A stretch of 64,000 nucleotides of DNA from Leptospiraceae bacterium (GTDB lineage: Bacteria; Spirochaetota; Leptospiria; Leptospirales; Leptonemataceae). Location of the stretch: the NCBI GenBank assembly GCA_040217195.1, contig JAVJNR010000007.1, positions 1-64,000 of the forward strand. Reading direction: 5' to 3'. The stretch's first letter is position 1. Each line of letters starts with the position of its first letter. The notes under the pieces were generated by a model. That model made no database searches and was not told the origin of the DNA. It saw only the letters and a program-made list of their open reading frames with translations. Positions 29,203-39,536 of this stretch are shown piece after piece. The translations under genes were made by a program, and so were the position numbers.

Positions 29203-29778
29203 ATGGTGCATCGCGACCCGGACATTACCCGAAAATGCATTCTTGATGCTGCACTTAAGCTTTTTTCCCAGAAGGGCTATCATGGCACAAACGTACCCGA
29301 TGTGGCCGCAGCGGCATCCGTCGGAGCTGGCAGCATCTATCGGCATTTTCAGGATAAGCGGGGTCTGGTGAACACGCTTTACCGGGAATGGAAAACCAGG
29401 TTCCGGAAATCCATTCTAGAACCGCTGCCGGAGCCCCATAGCTCCTTCGAAAATCAGTTTAGGGAGTTCTGGGGACGCTTGTGGCGATTCTACCGCAGTC
29501 ATCCGGAGGCCCTTATTTTCCTGGATATCCACGCTCACGGGGGCTATTTGGAGGAAGAGTCAAGGAAGGTGGCTATTGAGTTTGAAAAGGAACTGGTTGA
29601 ATGGGTGGAAAACGGCCAGCGCAACAAAGCCATCAGGAAAGGATCCCCGGAAGTTCTGATTGCTATGATATATGGCTCTTTCCTGGGACTCATAAAGCTG
29701 GAGCAATCCGCAGATCCACTTCCCGCCGATGTCATGGAATCATCTGGAAGCAATGCCTGGGCCATTCTGGCGCCATGA
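29203..29778 (+). CDS. TetR/AcrR-family regulator
   Basis: ILDAALKLFSQKGYHGTNVPDVAAAASVGAGSIYRHF HTH. Confidence 0.95.
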   Translation: MVHRDPDITRKCILDAALKLFSQKGYHGTNVPDVAAAASVGAGSIYRHFQDKRGLVNTLYREWKTRFRKSILEPLPEPHSSFENQFREFWGRLWRFYRSHPEALIFLDIHAHGGYLEEESRKVAIEFEKELVEWVENGQRNKAIRKGSPEVLIAMIYGSFLGLIKLEQSADPLPADVMESSGSNAWAILAP

Positions 29779-29800
29779 TCGTATTTTTAGGGGCTCTTTT

Positions 29801-29820
29801 CGGAATGAACATTCCTTCCG
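29801..29820. promoter_or_regulatory. Putative TetR operator 2
   Basis: CGGAATGAACATTCCTTCCG, 18/20 identical to operator 1, upstream of the SDR gene. Confidence 0.75.
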
Positions 29821-29860
29821 GAAGGTAGATAAATCAGAATGAAAAATCAAGGAGACCAAT

Positions 29861-30643
29861 ATGAAGAATTTTAAATATGAAGGAACTGCCCTTGTCACCG
29901 GGGCCTCATCCGGCCTTGGAGAGGAATTTTCGAGGCAACTGGCCGCAAAGGGAATGGATCTAGTACTTGTGGCCAGATCCGCACCAAAGCTTCAGGAGCT
30001 GGCCAAGGAGCTAGAGCAAGAGCATTCAATCCACGTGCACACCATTTCGGCAGACCTTTCCAGGGAGAACGCTGCGAAGGAAGTCAAACGGCAAACGGAT
30101 AGCGCCGGACTGCAAATCTCATTGCTGGTGAACAATGCCGGCGTAGGCACCTACGGAAGGATGGGTGAGCTGGACGCAGAGAAAGAACACAATATGATAA
30201 TGTTGAATTGTGTAGCACCAGTAGATCTTACGCACGAATACCTGTCGTCAATGATGAAAAAGGGTTCCGGCGGATTGATCTTTCTGGGCAGCGTGGCCGC
30301 ATACCAGCCCACACCTTACTTTGCCAGTTACGGAGCAAGCAAGGCGTTTAACCTGCTACTGGGGGAAGCCCTGTGGGCCGAGTTGAAAGGCCAGGGAATT
30401 TCAGTGTTATCGCTCTCTCCGGGATATACAAGAACCAAATTCCAGGAAACTGCAGATGTGCATTTGAATCCCCCTGGAGGATTTATGAATGCGGATGAAG
30501 TGGTTGCTCTGGCCCTGCGAAAACTGGGAAAAAAGCCTTCCGTTATTCCGGGATGGCGAAACCGGTTCATGGCCTTTTCAATTCGGTTCACACCCAGGGC
30601 AATGGCTGCTCGCCTGGCAGGACGCATCTCCAAACCCGGTTGA
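29861..30643 (+). CDS. SDR-family oxidoreductase
   Basis: TGASSGLG, NNAG and YGASK motifs. Confidence 0.95.
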   Translation: MKNFKYEGTALVTGASSGLGEEFSRQLAAKGMDLVLVARSAPKLQELAKELEQEHSIHVHTISADLSRENAAKEVKRQTDSAGLQISLLVNNAGVGTYGRMGELDAEKEHNMIMLNCVAPVDLTHEYLSSMMKKGSGGLIFLGSVAAYQPTPYFASYGASKAFNLLLGEALWAELKGQGISVLSLSPGYTRTKFQETADVHLNPPGGFMNADEVVALALRKLGKKPSVIPGWRNRFMAFSIRFTPRAMAARLAGRISKPG

Positions 30644-30670
30644 AACCAGAACCAGGTGGAACGGGGGGCA

Positions 30671-32350
30671 TCAGTGCCCCTCTACGATCCAATCCTTCTG
30701 TAGCGGCTCGGATGTTTTCTTAGTTACGGATCCATCCATTACTCGCACCGGTCGAAAACGAAACGGTAGACTAACCCAGTTTTCATCGTACATACAGACA
30801 TGAAGGTGGGGCTCAGTGGACATACCGCTATTGCCGGCTTCGCCCAGAATTGTGTCCGTGGACACCGATTGGCCTTCTTTTACACGAATACTTCCCTGTT
30901 TGAAATGTGTGTAAAAGGCAAAGCTTCCCTGTTCTGTCTTTACAACTACCGAGTTGCCCTGCCTGCCGTAGCTTCCATTGCTATTATCTGGCTGATCGTT
31001 GACTATGCTGGTTACGGTGCCTTTCGTCATTGAATACACCGGTTCCCCAAACATCCAATAATCGCCGGCTCTCAGTCTTTTTCCGCCCGGACGTAGAGGG
31101 TTTCCTCTTTCATCTACGCGAGAGAAATCATAGCAATATTTGGCGAAACCGGTATGGGTCATATAGTCTCCATCAAACTCGGCCCATACGACAAACCGAT
31201 TCTTAAGTGGAAGAGACAGATCCGATATCGTAGGTCTAGGGGAATTCTTCGCTTCATAACGGCTCATGGCCTTTCGTCTATAACGTAGAGATTCTTCCTT
31301 TACTTCTGCAGATACCGGTCCCTTTATTCTGGCCAAAATGTAGATCTGTCTTCCGTAAAAATCCCAGAGAGGTATTGGATCCTCAATATTTTTTTCAAGA
31401 ACCTCCAATGCACTTCGCAGACCCTCGATATTGCCAGTATGAGTGTACGCTTCGCCGATCGTAGTCACAAGATACTGAGCTTCCTCAAAACTGTTAAAGT
31501 TCGAGGACTCTTCCAGGGCCTTCCTGGCAAGACTTTCGATCTCTTTATTTGACGCTTTATCGATTGTACTGCGGAGACGCAATAGATGCGTATAGCCCAC
31601 GGCCCTCTTAAAGTGATCCGCATCTTTGAATCGGCTCATTCCGCTTTTAAAAGTTTCAATGGCCTTTTCGAATTTACCTGCGGAGCGAAGGGAACGGCCC
31701 AGGCCAAATAAGATGTATTCCTGGCCTGAATCCAGTTTCCAGGCTTTCTCGAATCTTATTACCGCCGAATCATAGTCCCCGGATTCCTCCGCCTCTTTGG
31801 CCCAGGCAGCATACGTTATAGCCAGATTGGGCTTTAACCAGGGATTTGTTGGGTGTTTTTCCAGGCCTTTTTCTTGAATCTCAACGGCTTCCTTAAGTCG
31901 TGCCAGCTTGCGTAATGCATTGCCGGCCCAAACGTACCCGCTTTCGGATTCATTTAGCTGTATGGCTTCTGTCGCCAGGGGAAGACTTTCTTTATAATTT
32001 CCTTCCTGGTATAGGCCAGCGGCCGCTGCGGTTAATGCCCGGGCCAGGGTACTGGCACTTCTATCCGATGCTGGCCATTTATCTCGCATTGCTCTAGCCT
32101 GACGAAGAGCTTCATCGTATCTTTTTTGTTCCCGCAATGCATAATTCAAATTTGCATGCATCCATTCTCTGTCCGGGTATTCTCCAATCCCCTGGCGCAT
32201 AAGCGATTCCAGAGAACTCCATTGTCTGGCCTGGATGAGAGCGTTTGTCTCGGTTGAATACTCCTCCAGGGATTTCGCAGAAAGCCCAGCCCAGGAAGAA
32301 AGCAGAAGAATCGAAATCAATGTACATGCGGCCCGCACTTTTGTACTCAT
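30671..32350 (-). CDS. TPR-repeat + M23 peptidase protein
   Basis: Signal peptide and TPR helices; GNSVVV, YTHFKQGSIRVKEGQ and GNSGMSTEPHLH. Confidence 0.85.
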   Translation of the reverse strand: MSTKVRAACTLISILLLSSWAGLSAKSLEEYSTETNALIQARQWSSLESLMRQGIGEYPDREWMHANLNYALREQKRYDEALRQARAMRDKWPASDRSASTLARALTAAAAGLYQEGNYKESLPLATEAIQLNESESGYVWAGNALRKLARLKEAVEIQEKGLEKHPTNPWLKPNLAITYAAWAKEAEESGDYDSAVIRFEKAWKLDSGQEYILFGLGRSLRSAGKFEKAIETFKSGMSRFKDADHFKRAVGYTHLLRLRSTIDKASNKEIESLARKALEESSNFNSFEEAQYLVTTIGEAYTHTGNIEGLRSALEVLEKNIEDPIPLWDFYGRQIYILARIKGPVSAEVKEESLRYRRKAMSRYEAKNSPRPTISDLSLPLKNRFVVWAEFDGDYMTHTGFAKYCYDFSRVDERGNPLRPGGKRLRAGDYWMFGEPVYSMTKGTVTSIVNDQPDNSNGSYGRQGNSVVVKTEQGSFAFYTHFKQGSIRVKEGQSVSTDTILGEAGNSGMSTEPHLHVCMYDENWVSLPFRFRPVRVMDGSVTKKTSEPLQKDWIVEGH

Positions 32351-32537
32351 GGAGATATTGGACGAAAATCGGTGAAGGTCTAACCACTTTTCCACGGAAT
32401 GCTGCAGATAACCCTGTGGTTTGGTACAGCAAAAACCAGGCGGCCTATCAATTGTTCCAGTTCGAGGAGAACTGTTTTTCTTGCTTTCGGATTCCGTTGA
32501 TGGAATATCAGGTCTATTCTTCTGATTGGGTCGCAGG

Positions 32538-35438
32538 ATGTTAGACAAAAAAACTGAGCCAGATGGTACCGGTGGCTCCTCCTTGCCGGACAGTTCCATA
32601 GCAGCCGTTGCCCGACAGTTCTCGGGTGGTATTTTGATCACAGATCCCGAAGGAAGGATACAGTGGGCCAATCAGGGATTCCTGAATCTTACCGGATATT
32701 CCCTTCCTGAACTTATGGGTCAGAAGCCAGGCCCGCTGCTGCAGGGCGAAGGCACAGATCCCCAAGCAGTTCAACAGATCAGTGAGCATCTAAAACGAAA
32801 GGAATCTTTTGAAACAGAAATCTTAAATTATACGCGTGAAGGTAAACCGTACACAGTCTATTTGAAAGTGGATCCTGTATTCAGCGAAAATGGCTCTGTT
32901 GAGTGCTTCATTGGTTTTCAGACGGACGTAACTCAGAAAAGAAGACAGGCTCAGCTAATGCAGTCCATTCTGAAGAGCGCCCATCAGGGAATTGTAACCC
33001 TGGATCTGGAGGGTCACATCCTTACATTCAATGAAGAAGCCAGCCGGCTTCTGGGTTATACTGAAAGTGAAGCCCTGGGTAGCTTGAATCCACTTACTTT
33101 TTTTGATCCAGAAGAATTAACGTTTCGAGCGAACGTCGTAGGACAGGGCCTACAAAGAACCATTCATGCCAATCTGGATTTGCTATATGTTATCGCCACA
33201 GAGAACTTGAACTCCCAATTCCAGGAATGGACGTTCATTCGAAAAGATGGAAAGAAAATCTATGGAGAGTTAGCCCTGACTCCCCTGGCGGATCAAGTAG
33301 AGACGATTACAGGATTCCTTGCCATCATTAAGGACAGAACCGAAATTCATCGCGCAGAAGATAAGTTAAAGATAGCAGCAGGGCGTCTGGATAAATTATC
33401 CAGTCTATTACCCGGCGTCATCTATCAGTACGAATTGTTGCCGGATGGACGTTCCAGGTTCCCCTATGCTTCCGAGGCCATGGTTTCAATTTATGGAGTA
33501 CGCCCGGAGGAGGTACGCGAAGATGCCAGGGCTGTATTTAGAACTCTTCATCCGGAGGATAGAGAATCTGTAAAGGCCGCCATAGAAGAGTCGGCCAGAA
33601 CGATGCAACCCTGGACCCAGGAGTATCGCACCATCAGTCCAGACGGCGAAGTCCGCTGGCTTCACGGCTACGCCAATCCGGAGAAATTGGAGAATGGTGG
33701 CACTTTGTGGCATGGATTCATCACGGACATTTCGCAGCAGAAAAAGGATGAACGCCGCCTCAGACAATCCGAAGAAAGGCTTTCTATGGCTCTAGAAGCC
33801 ACCCGGGACGGAGTCTGGGACTGGAATCTGGAGACAGACGAGGTATTCTGGAGTCCCCGATGTTTCGAAATGCTGGGTTATGATCCCTTTAGCTTCGATG
33901 TGACCTTTGAAAAATGGAAATCCCTGCTTCATCCTGATGAAGCAGTAGATGCAATCAGTCAAGTTCAGGCAAACCTGGCCGGCGAAGGGGCCCCGTTTAG
34001 CATCACCTTTCGCATGAAACACAGGGACGGATCTTTTCGCTGGATTTCCGGAAAAGGGAAGATAACCGAAAGGAAAGCGGATGGGGCTCCTCTACGGATG
34101 GTGGGAACGCACCTGGATGTATCCGATCGCATGCAAAAGGACGATGAATTAAGATTGGCCAATAAAAGATTGGAAGACACAAATCGCCAACTGGAGCTTT
34201 CTATCTGGCATGCCAATGAACTGGCACGTCAGGCTGAGGCCGCCAATGAAGCCAAGAGTTCGTTCATAGCAAATATGAGCCATGAGATTCGCACTCCCAT
34301 GACATCTATTCTTGGCTACGCAGACCTTCTTTCTGAGCGCAACCTACCGGAAGAAGAATTTGAAGACCATCTCCGAAGCTTGCACGATGCAGGAGAACAC
34401 CTGATGATGATCGTTAACGATATTCTGGACATATCGCGAATCGAATCAGGGAAGATTGACATAGAAATTCTTCCCGTTTCTCCCCGGGGCACCATCGACG
34501 AAGTGATCACCATGCTCAAAGCCAAGGCCAGGGCCAAAGACCTGGAGATTCGCCAGGAGATAACCGGAAGGCTCCCCGATTTCATCCCATCCGATCCAGG
34601 CAGACTTCGACAGATTTTGCTCAACCTGCTTGGCAATGCGATCAAGTTTACGTCCCGGGGATGCATTACTATTCGAGCAAACATAGAAAGCAAAAAGCTT
34701 CATATTGAAGTCATCGATACCGGCATAGGCATTGATAAGGAGGTCCTTAGAAATCTTTTCCAGCCATTCATGCAGGCCGATAGTTCCACCACCCGAAAGT
34801 ACGGTGGAAGCGGACTGGGCCTTGCGATCTCTCAACGTCTGGCAGAAATCCTGGGAGGGGAGATTACGGTGGAAAGCGAACCGGGACAGGGAAGCAGATT
34901 CACTCTTCGCATCCCGGTTTTGAATGAACAGGCGATAACAAATCAAAGTACAGACCGCGGATCGCCCGTTCCAGGACAATCCCCTGGCCAGGATCCGAAC
35001 CTGGAGACGAACCCGCAGCTAGATCGATTCACATCACCGGACATAAATGTGCCCTCTCTGGAAGGCATGAAGGTACTTGTAGTGGAAGACGATCCAGATA
35101 TTCGCAAGATAGTGCAGCTCTATCTGTCTAGAAGCAAAGTTGATGCAGAAGCTCTGGAGAACGGCAAACAGGCTCTGGACAGGTTACTGGAGATAGATCA
35201 GAGTTATGACTGCGTGCTGATGGACATTCAGATGCCCGAAATGGATGGAAAGGAGGTTATTCTAAAATTGCGCGAAAATGGCTACTCTGATCCTGTGATC
35301 GCAATGACGGCACACGCGTTGAGGTCCGAAGTAGCCGATATACTTGCCGCTGGATTCGATGAATATCTTGCCAAACCAATAGATCGCAAGACTCTACATG
35401 AAGCACTTCAAAAGTACAATCCCGGACGAAAGGTATAG
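32538..35438 (+). CDS. Multi-PAS hybrid histidine kinase/receiver
   Basis: Four PAS/PAC units; ANMSHEIRTPM, NLLGNAIKFT, GSGLGLAI and receiver MDIQMPEMDG. Confidence 0.95.
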   Translation: MLDKKTEPDGTGGSSLPDSSIAAVARQFSGGILITDPEGRIQWANQGFLNLTGYSLPELMGQKPGPLLQGEGTDPQAVQQISEHLKRKESFETEILNYTREGKPYTVYLKVDPVFSENGSVECFIGFQTDVTQKRRQAQLMQSILKSAHQGIVTLDLEGHILTFNEEASRLLGYTESEALGSLNPLTFFDPEELTFRANVVGQGLQRTIHANLDLLYVIATENLNSQFQEWTFIRKDGKKIYGELALTPLADQVETITGFLAIIKDRTEIHRAEDKLKIAAGRLDKLSSLLPGVIYQYELLPDGRSRFPYASEAMVSIYGVRPEEVREDARAVFRTLHPEDRESVKAAIEESARTMQPWTQEYRTISPDGEVRWLHGYANPEKLENGGTLWHGFITDISQQKKDERRLRQSEERLSMALEATRDGVWDWNLETDEVFWSPRCFEMLGYDPFSFDVTFEKWKSLLHPDEAVDAISQVQANLAGEGAPFSITFRMKHRDGSFRWISGKGKITERKADGAPLRMVGTHLDVSDRMQKDDELRLANKRLEDTNRQLELSIWHANELARQAEAANEAKSSFIANMSHEIRTPMTSILGYADLLSERNLPEEEFEDHLRSLHDAGEHLMMIVNDILDISRIESGKIDIEILPVSPRGTIDEVITMLKAKARAKDLEIRQEITGRLPDFIPSDPGRLRQILLNLLGNAIKFTSRGCITIRANIESKKLHIEVIDTGIGIDKEVLRNLFQPFMQADSSTTRKYGGSGLGLAISQRLAEILGGEITVESEPGQGSRFTLRIPVLNEQAITNQSTDRGSPVPGQSPGQDPNLETNPQLDRFTSPDINVPSLEGMKVLVVEDDPDIRKIVQLYLSRSKVDAEALENGKQALDRLLEIDQSYDCVLMDIQMPEMDGKEVILKLRENGYSDPVIAMTAHALRSEVADILAAGFDEYLAKPIDRKTLHEALQKYNPGRKV

Positions 35439-35442
35439 AATC

Positions 35443-36705
35443 TCAAGGACATCCAACGGTGGTGCTGGCCCCGCAGGCACAGGCAATAGAGATATCCGTA
35501 TTAATGGGCATGGAAAATCGAATCTCTGATAAGACTTTCTCCGGGTATCCATCGTGCACTTCATCGTATCTGCACTGAAGGACATACTCACCGGGCAGCA
35601 GTTCCGTCATTACGTTATCGCCGCCATTTCTGACCGGAGTGGCAGCAAGAGGCAATAAATCCAGGTCCTTATTGCATACAATGCTACCGGTTTGGTCGAC
35701 GCATTCATTTACGTAGTACACTGCATAATAATGGCGAGTACTCTCTGTGCCACCGGTGACCTGAATATTTCCTGTATAATCAGGATAAAAGAGGCGAGCT
35801 CTGGTTAGGGCATTTCCGCCCATGTCGAATTGTCCGGTATGTTCCACCCTCCAATCACTTATGCCCACGACAGTGAAGTACTCTCCGGCAGCATCCGGGA
35901 AGCTATGAAGCATCAGGTTCTCTTTAATATTTGTGCGAATTTCCAGCACCAGTGATGCATAGCCATTGTAGACCTGCATGGAATCCTGTTGACCGGGATA
36001 CGTAACATGATGCAACGGAAACCACTGTGGCGGCAACGCAGCCTTTACCGCAGCGTCAACGCCTGCATCGTAATTCAACAGAGGCAATACATCGGTTCCG
36101 GAAACATCGTTATTATCGAATCGGCCAAGAGGAATGACTCCTTCTCGCTTCGCGAAACCAGTAAAAAAGCTTCGCATAAAAACGCCGGCATGGGTATAAC
36201 CGCCGGGCCCGATGTCTCTGGATGGATACAGAGCACCTACTCCATTAAAAAATTCCAGATAGTTAATGATACCACCAGTATCCAGGCAGGAATCGTTGGC
36301 AGCCACGGTGGCATAGAACTGGCTACAGTACACCTGACGCGTGGTGGATGCCACATCCCAGAATTCCTTGGCATCTCGGTCCGTGTCTATTTCATAAAGA
36401 TTGCTCAGATAGCCTTTGGTACTCAGTCGAATCTCACCTATATCCAGATAGATAGGTAGCTCACTGTAAGCCGGTACTCCTGCAGTGTCCAGGACCTCTG
36501 TACTCGGGGCATCATTATCAAGGAATAGAGTATTTCCGTTTATCTGTGCGAAATCCAGCGGACGATCAGTGGCATAAGTACCTTTCAGAATTAGAACCAT
36601 GCGACTGTTGATCAAAGCAGAAAGCAGAGCATCATCGCCTGAAGAGCAATTGCTACCTATGAATAGGATTCCAGCGAGGATCAAGGTGTTTGCCTTTTTT
36701 AACAT
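35443..36705 (-). CDS. Cys-rich putative lipoprotein
   Basis: Spirochaetal lipobox GSNC; 420-aa ORF. Confidence 0.7.
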   Translation of the reverse strand: MLKKANTLILAGILFIGSNCSSGDDALLSALINSRMVLILKGTYATDRPLDFAQINGNTLFLDNDAPSTEVLDTAGVPAYSELPIYLDIGEIRLSTKGYLSNLYEIDTDRDAKEFWDVASTTRQVYCSQFYATVAANDSCLDTGGIINYLEFFNGVGALYPSRDIGPGGYTHAGVFMRSFFTGFAKREGVIPLGRFDNNDVSGTDVLPLLNYDAGVDAAVKAALPPQWFPLHHVTYPGQQDSMQVYNGYASLVLEIRTNIKENLMLHSFPDAAGEYFTVVGISDWRVEHTGQFDMGGNALTRARLFYPDYTGNIQVTGGTESTRHYYAVYYVNECVDQTGSIVCNKDLDLLPLAATPVRNGGDNVMTELLPGEYVLQCRYDEVHDGYPEKVLSEIRFSMPINTDISIACACGASTTVGCP

Positions 36706-36736
36706 AGACTTTTCTTAACTCCCACGGACAGGCGCA

Positions 36737-37360
36737 TCAAAAAATAAAACTTACCATCAGTCCAAAATGATAGAACCCACCATCTCGCAATTCATAGGTA
36801 CGGTTTTCCTGGTATCGTGCATTGGTAGTTCCTGGAAATAGGTACCCCAGCTGCGCTTCAAGAGGTGGCTGACGGTGACTATCCATAATGTAATTCGCAT
36901 CCAGGCGAAGACCAACTCGAAACTTTCTACTGGCCAGAAGAGACATTTCCAGCCCACCGTAGAGCATAGGATCCCAGCCATGCAGGTTCTGTGGCCTCAC
37001 TTCCAGATAGGCGGCCCCGCCTCCCAGCTTTGCCATTACCTGCAGCCTGAATGGCAACGGTAGCGGATAAACCAGAGCCCCATAAACCGGAGCGGAAACC
37101 AGAAGCTGAGTTGTAGGAGAAAAATAAGTAGTGTAGGAAAACCCGAACTCTGAATAGAACACCCATGGCCAGTTCACTCTATAGAACATTCCACCACCTA
37201 CGTTAGAATCCAGAACTTCATCATACGGAGTGGATGGAAATGGAAAGGAACCGCCGAGCCAGACGCCCAGCTCATGCTTCAGATGATCCGATTCACGAGC
37301 CTGTAGGCCGACCGGAAAGGCCAGAGACATAAAAAGTATGGTGCATAGAGTTCGGCGCAC
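36737..37360 (-). CDS. Putative small outer-membrane beta-barrel protein
   Basis: Signal peptide, amphipathic strands and a C-terminal Phe. Confidence 0.65.
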   Translation of the reverse strand: MRRTLCTILFMSLAFPVGLQARESDHLKHELGVWLGGSFPFPSTPYDEVLDSNVGGGMFYRVNWPWVFYSEFGFSYTTYFSPTTQLLVSAPVYGALVYPLPLPFRLQVMAKLGGGAAYLEVRPQNLHGWDPMLYGGLEMSLLASRKFRVGLRLDANYIMDSHRQPPLEAQLGYLFPGTTNARYQENRTYELRDGGFYHFGLMVSFIF

Positions 37361-37408
37361 GGTGAATAGAACAGGTCAAAGAAGCCGGATTTGCGGTCCA
37401 TCGGAATT

Positions 37409-38233
37409 TCATGGTATGCTTCGGAATCGTGGATAGTCGGACAGTGTCTGCAGTCCTGCCTCACGGTGCTCAGCATCCTCCGGATAATAGGCCTTACGAA
37501 AGTAGAGCCCCTGAGGGGGAGCCGTTCTGCCCGCCAATTTTCGGTCTCTGGAATCCAGGATTTCCCTCAATCGGGAGACTCGATGGGAAGCAGGGCAATC
37601 CTCGGCCAACATCATCAAAGTTCCAATCATGATGCGTATCATGTTATGTAGAAAAGCATTTCCCCGAACCCTGAAGCTCAGCAAGGATTCTCCGCTTAAA
37701 AGGTCCACACGCTCATCCAGCTCCACAAGATCCAGATACCTCCGGGTTCCCTCATCCAGATACTGAGGACGTGTGAGTGCGCCAAAATCTTGCTCTCCTT
37801 TCAGAACCGGTAGCATGTCCTGAAAATCTGACGCTGGCGGTGCGGAAATCCGATGCCAGACTCGACCGCGAAGAAAGGGATTCCAGCCAGGACTGCGCGA
37901 AATTAAATATTCATACTGCCGGGCCACGCAGCTAAATCGAGGATGAAAGCCCGCAGGTGCGGGCTGGATATTGAGAACTGTCATCTCTTCAGGAGTGAGA
38001 GCATTCAAAGAGGGCAATAGACGGGCTCGAATCTCCGGAACTTCAAAGGAAATCACCTGGCCTGTGGCATGAACACCGGCATCGGTTCGGCCCGCGCAGT
38101 GAATGACGATTCTCTCTTTATAGAGGATTTTCAGTGCATCTTCCAGACAGGATTGCACTGTCCTTACATCTTTCTGGAGCTGAAATCCGGAAAAAGAACT
38201 GCCATCGTAGGCCACTGTGGCTGCGAGAATCAT
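37409..38233 (-). CDS. truA: tRNA pseudouridine(38-40) synthase
   Basis: YDGSSFSGFQ, AGRTDAGVHA, FLHNMIR and TAPPQGLYF. Confidence 0.96.
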   Translation of the reverse strand: MILAATVAYDGSSFSGFQLQKDVRTVQSCLEDALKILYKERIVIHCAGRTDAGVHATGQVISFEVPEIRARLLPSLNALTPEEMTVLNIQPAPAGFHPRFSCVARQYEYLISRSPGWNPFLRGRVWHRISAPPASDFQDMLPVLKGEQDFGALTRPQYLDEGTRRYLDLVELDERVDLLSGESLLSFRVRGNAFLHNMIRIMIGTLMMLAEDCPASHRVSRLREILDSRDRKLAGRTAPPQGLYFRKAYYPEDAEHREAGLQTLSDYPRFRSIP

Positions 38234-38302
38234 GAATGATTGGGATCAAAGAAGGAATCCGATAGAAGAATACCTTCGATTTCTGGAACTATCCAGATTC
38301 GA

Positions 38303-39202
38303 TCAGGCACCGGCTTCGGACTCGACAGGATCTCCGGTCAGTGCTTCCAGACGCCCGGAAATCTCTTCATACAAATCTTTGGCCATATCCATCAACACAG
38401 AAGGTTTGCTTTTGGATGCCTTTCCCATGCCGTACAGTTTGCCCAGGTGGCGCTTACACAAATCAAGAAGTTTGACCTGCTCCTGGGGATCCTTCGTAAC
38501 AAAATCCAGATACTTGTTGGTGAGATACCCGTTTAGATAAACGACTCCATCGAAACCCCAGTTATTGTCTGTGTCCGGACCCAGAAGATTGATAAACTGC
38601 TCATGGGGCTCACTACCGGTGGACATGATTTCTAAAGTGGGCTGATAGTATCGCACTGCTTTTGTGTACATGAAATCCCGAATCTTATCGAAGCCCATTT
38701 TCGGGAACTCCTCATCCATATCATGGAAAAGCCACGCGGCGCGCAAAGAGCAGATCCCTTTCTTGGGAGTGGGAGCTGCATGCATTCCTCTATGCTGATA
38801 GCAATCCACGGCCAGCAAATAGGAAGCTGCTCCAAGGACCAGATTTCGATTCTCATTAAAATCCACCGGTCCCACTATTTTTTCTATACCGGTGCGACGC
38901 TGCAAAGTGGCCTTTTTCAGACTTTCAATTTCATCTGCTTGAAGCTGGTTAAAATCCTTGGGAAACGATGAGTACAGACATTGCGGACAGGTAACAATTT
39001 GATAGGCCTGGGGATAGATTCGCCCATATTTCTTGGATACATCGTACAGTCGACGTAGCTCAGCGGTAAGCTTTCCTGCAATCAATCGCCCTCCTCCGGA
39101 GTGCAACTGCTCTATCTGGTACTCATGATGACAGAGAGGACATTTGGTAATATCCTTCGATTTATAGGAAATGGATTTAACTCTTTGATCCTTGCCGCGC
39201 AT
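38303..39202 (-). CDS. DUF2225-like Zn-finger protein
   Basis: CPLC...CPQC pairs and an LRAAWL motif. Confidence 0.75.
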   Translation of the reverse strand: MRGKDQRVKSISYKSKDITKCPLCHHEYQIEQLHSGGGRLIAGKLTAELRRLYDVSKKYGRIYPQAYQIVTCPQCLYSSFPKDFNQLQADEIESLKKATLQRRTGIEKIVGPVDFNENRNLVLGAASYLLAVDCYQHRGMHAAPTPKKGICSLRAAWLFHDMDEEFPKMGFDKIRDFMYTKAVRYYQPTLEIMSTGSEPHEQFINLLGPDTDNNWGFDGVVYLNGYLTNKYLDFVTKDPQEQVKLLDLCKRHLGKLYGMGKASKSKPSVLMDMAKDLYEEISGRLEALTGDPVESEAGA

Positions 39203-39536
39203 ACACTTATAGTCCTATATTCGGCTCCACGGAAGGCTACAAAAAAATTTGGGCTAAAAAAGGAATCCTCTGCACCCAAAAAGCGGGCCTCTCCAGGATA
39301 GACACAGAGCCAGTCCGGAATTTCTGCTATGGAATGTACTCTGGCCCGGACCGGCTGAAATCCGGCCATCAACTCAAGCAAGGTGGATTCTCCGGTTTCT
39401 GCCAGGGAAGGCGACATAAGGAATGCTCTTTTTCTTTTCCATTTCTTGATTGCATGGATTTTTTCGGGATGGGTACTGTCAGGTTCGCCTATTGAATCAC
39501 CGATACATGTAGAGACTATTCAGGGGAATGCATACT

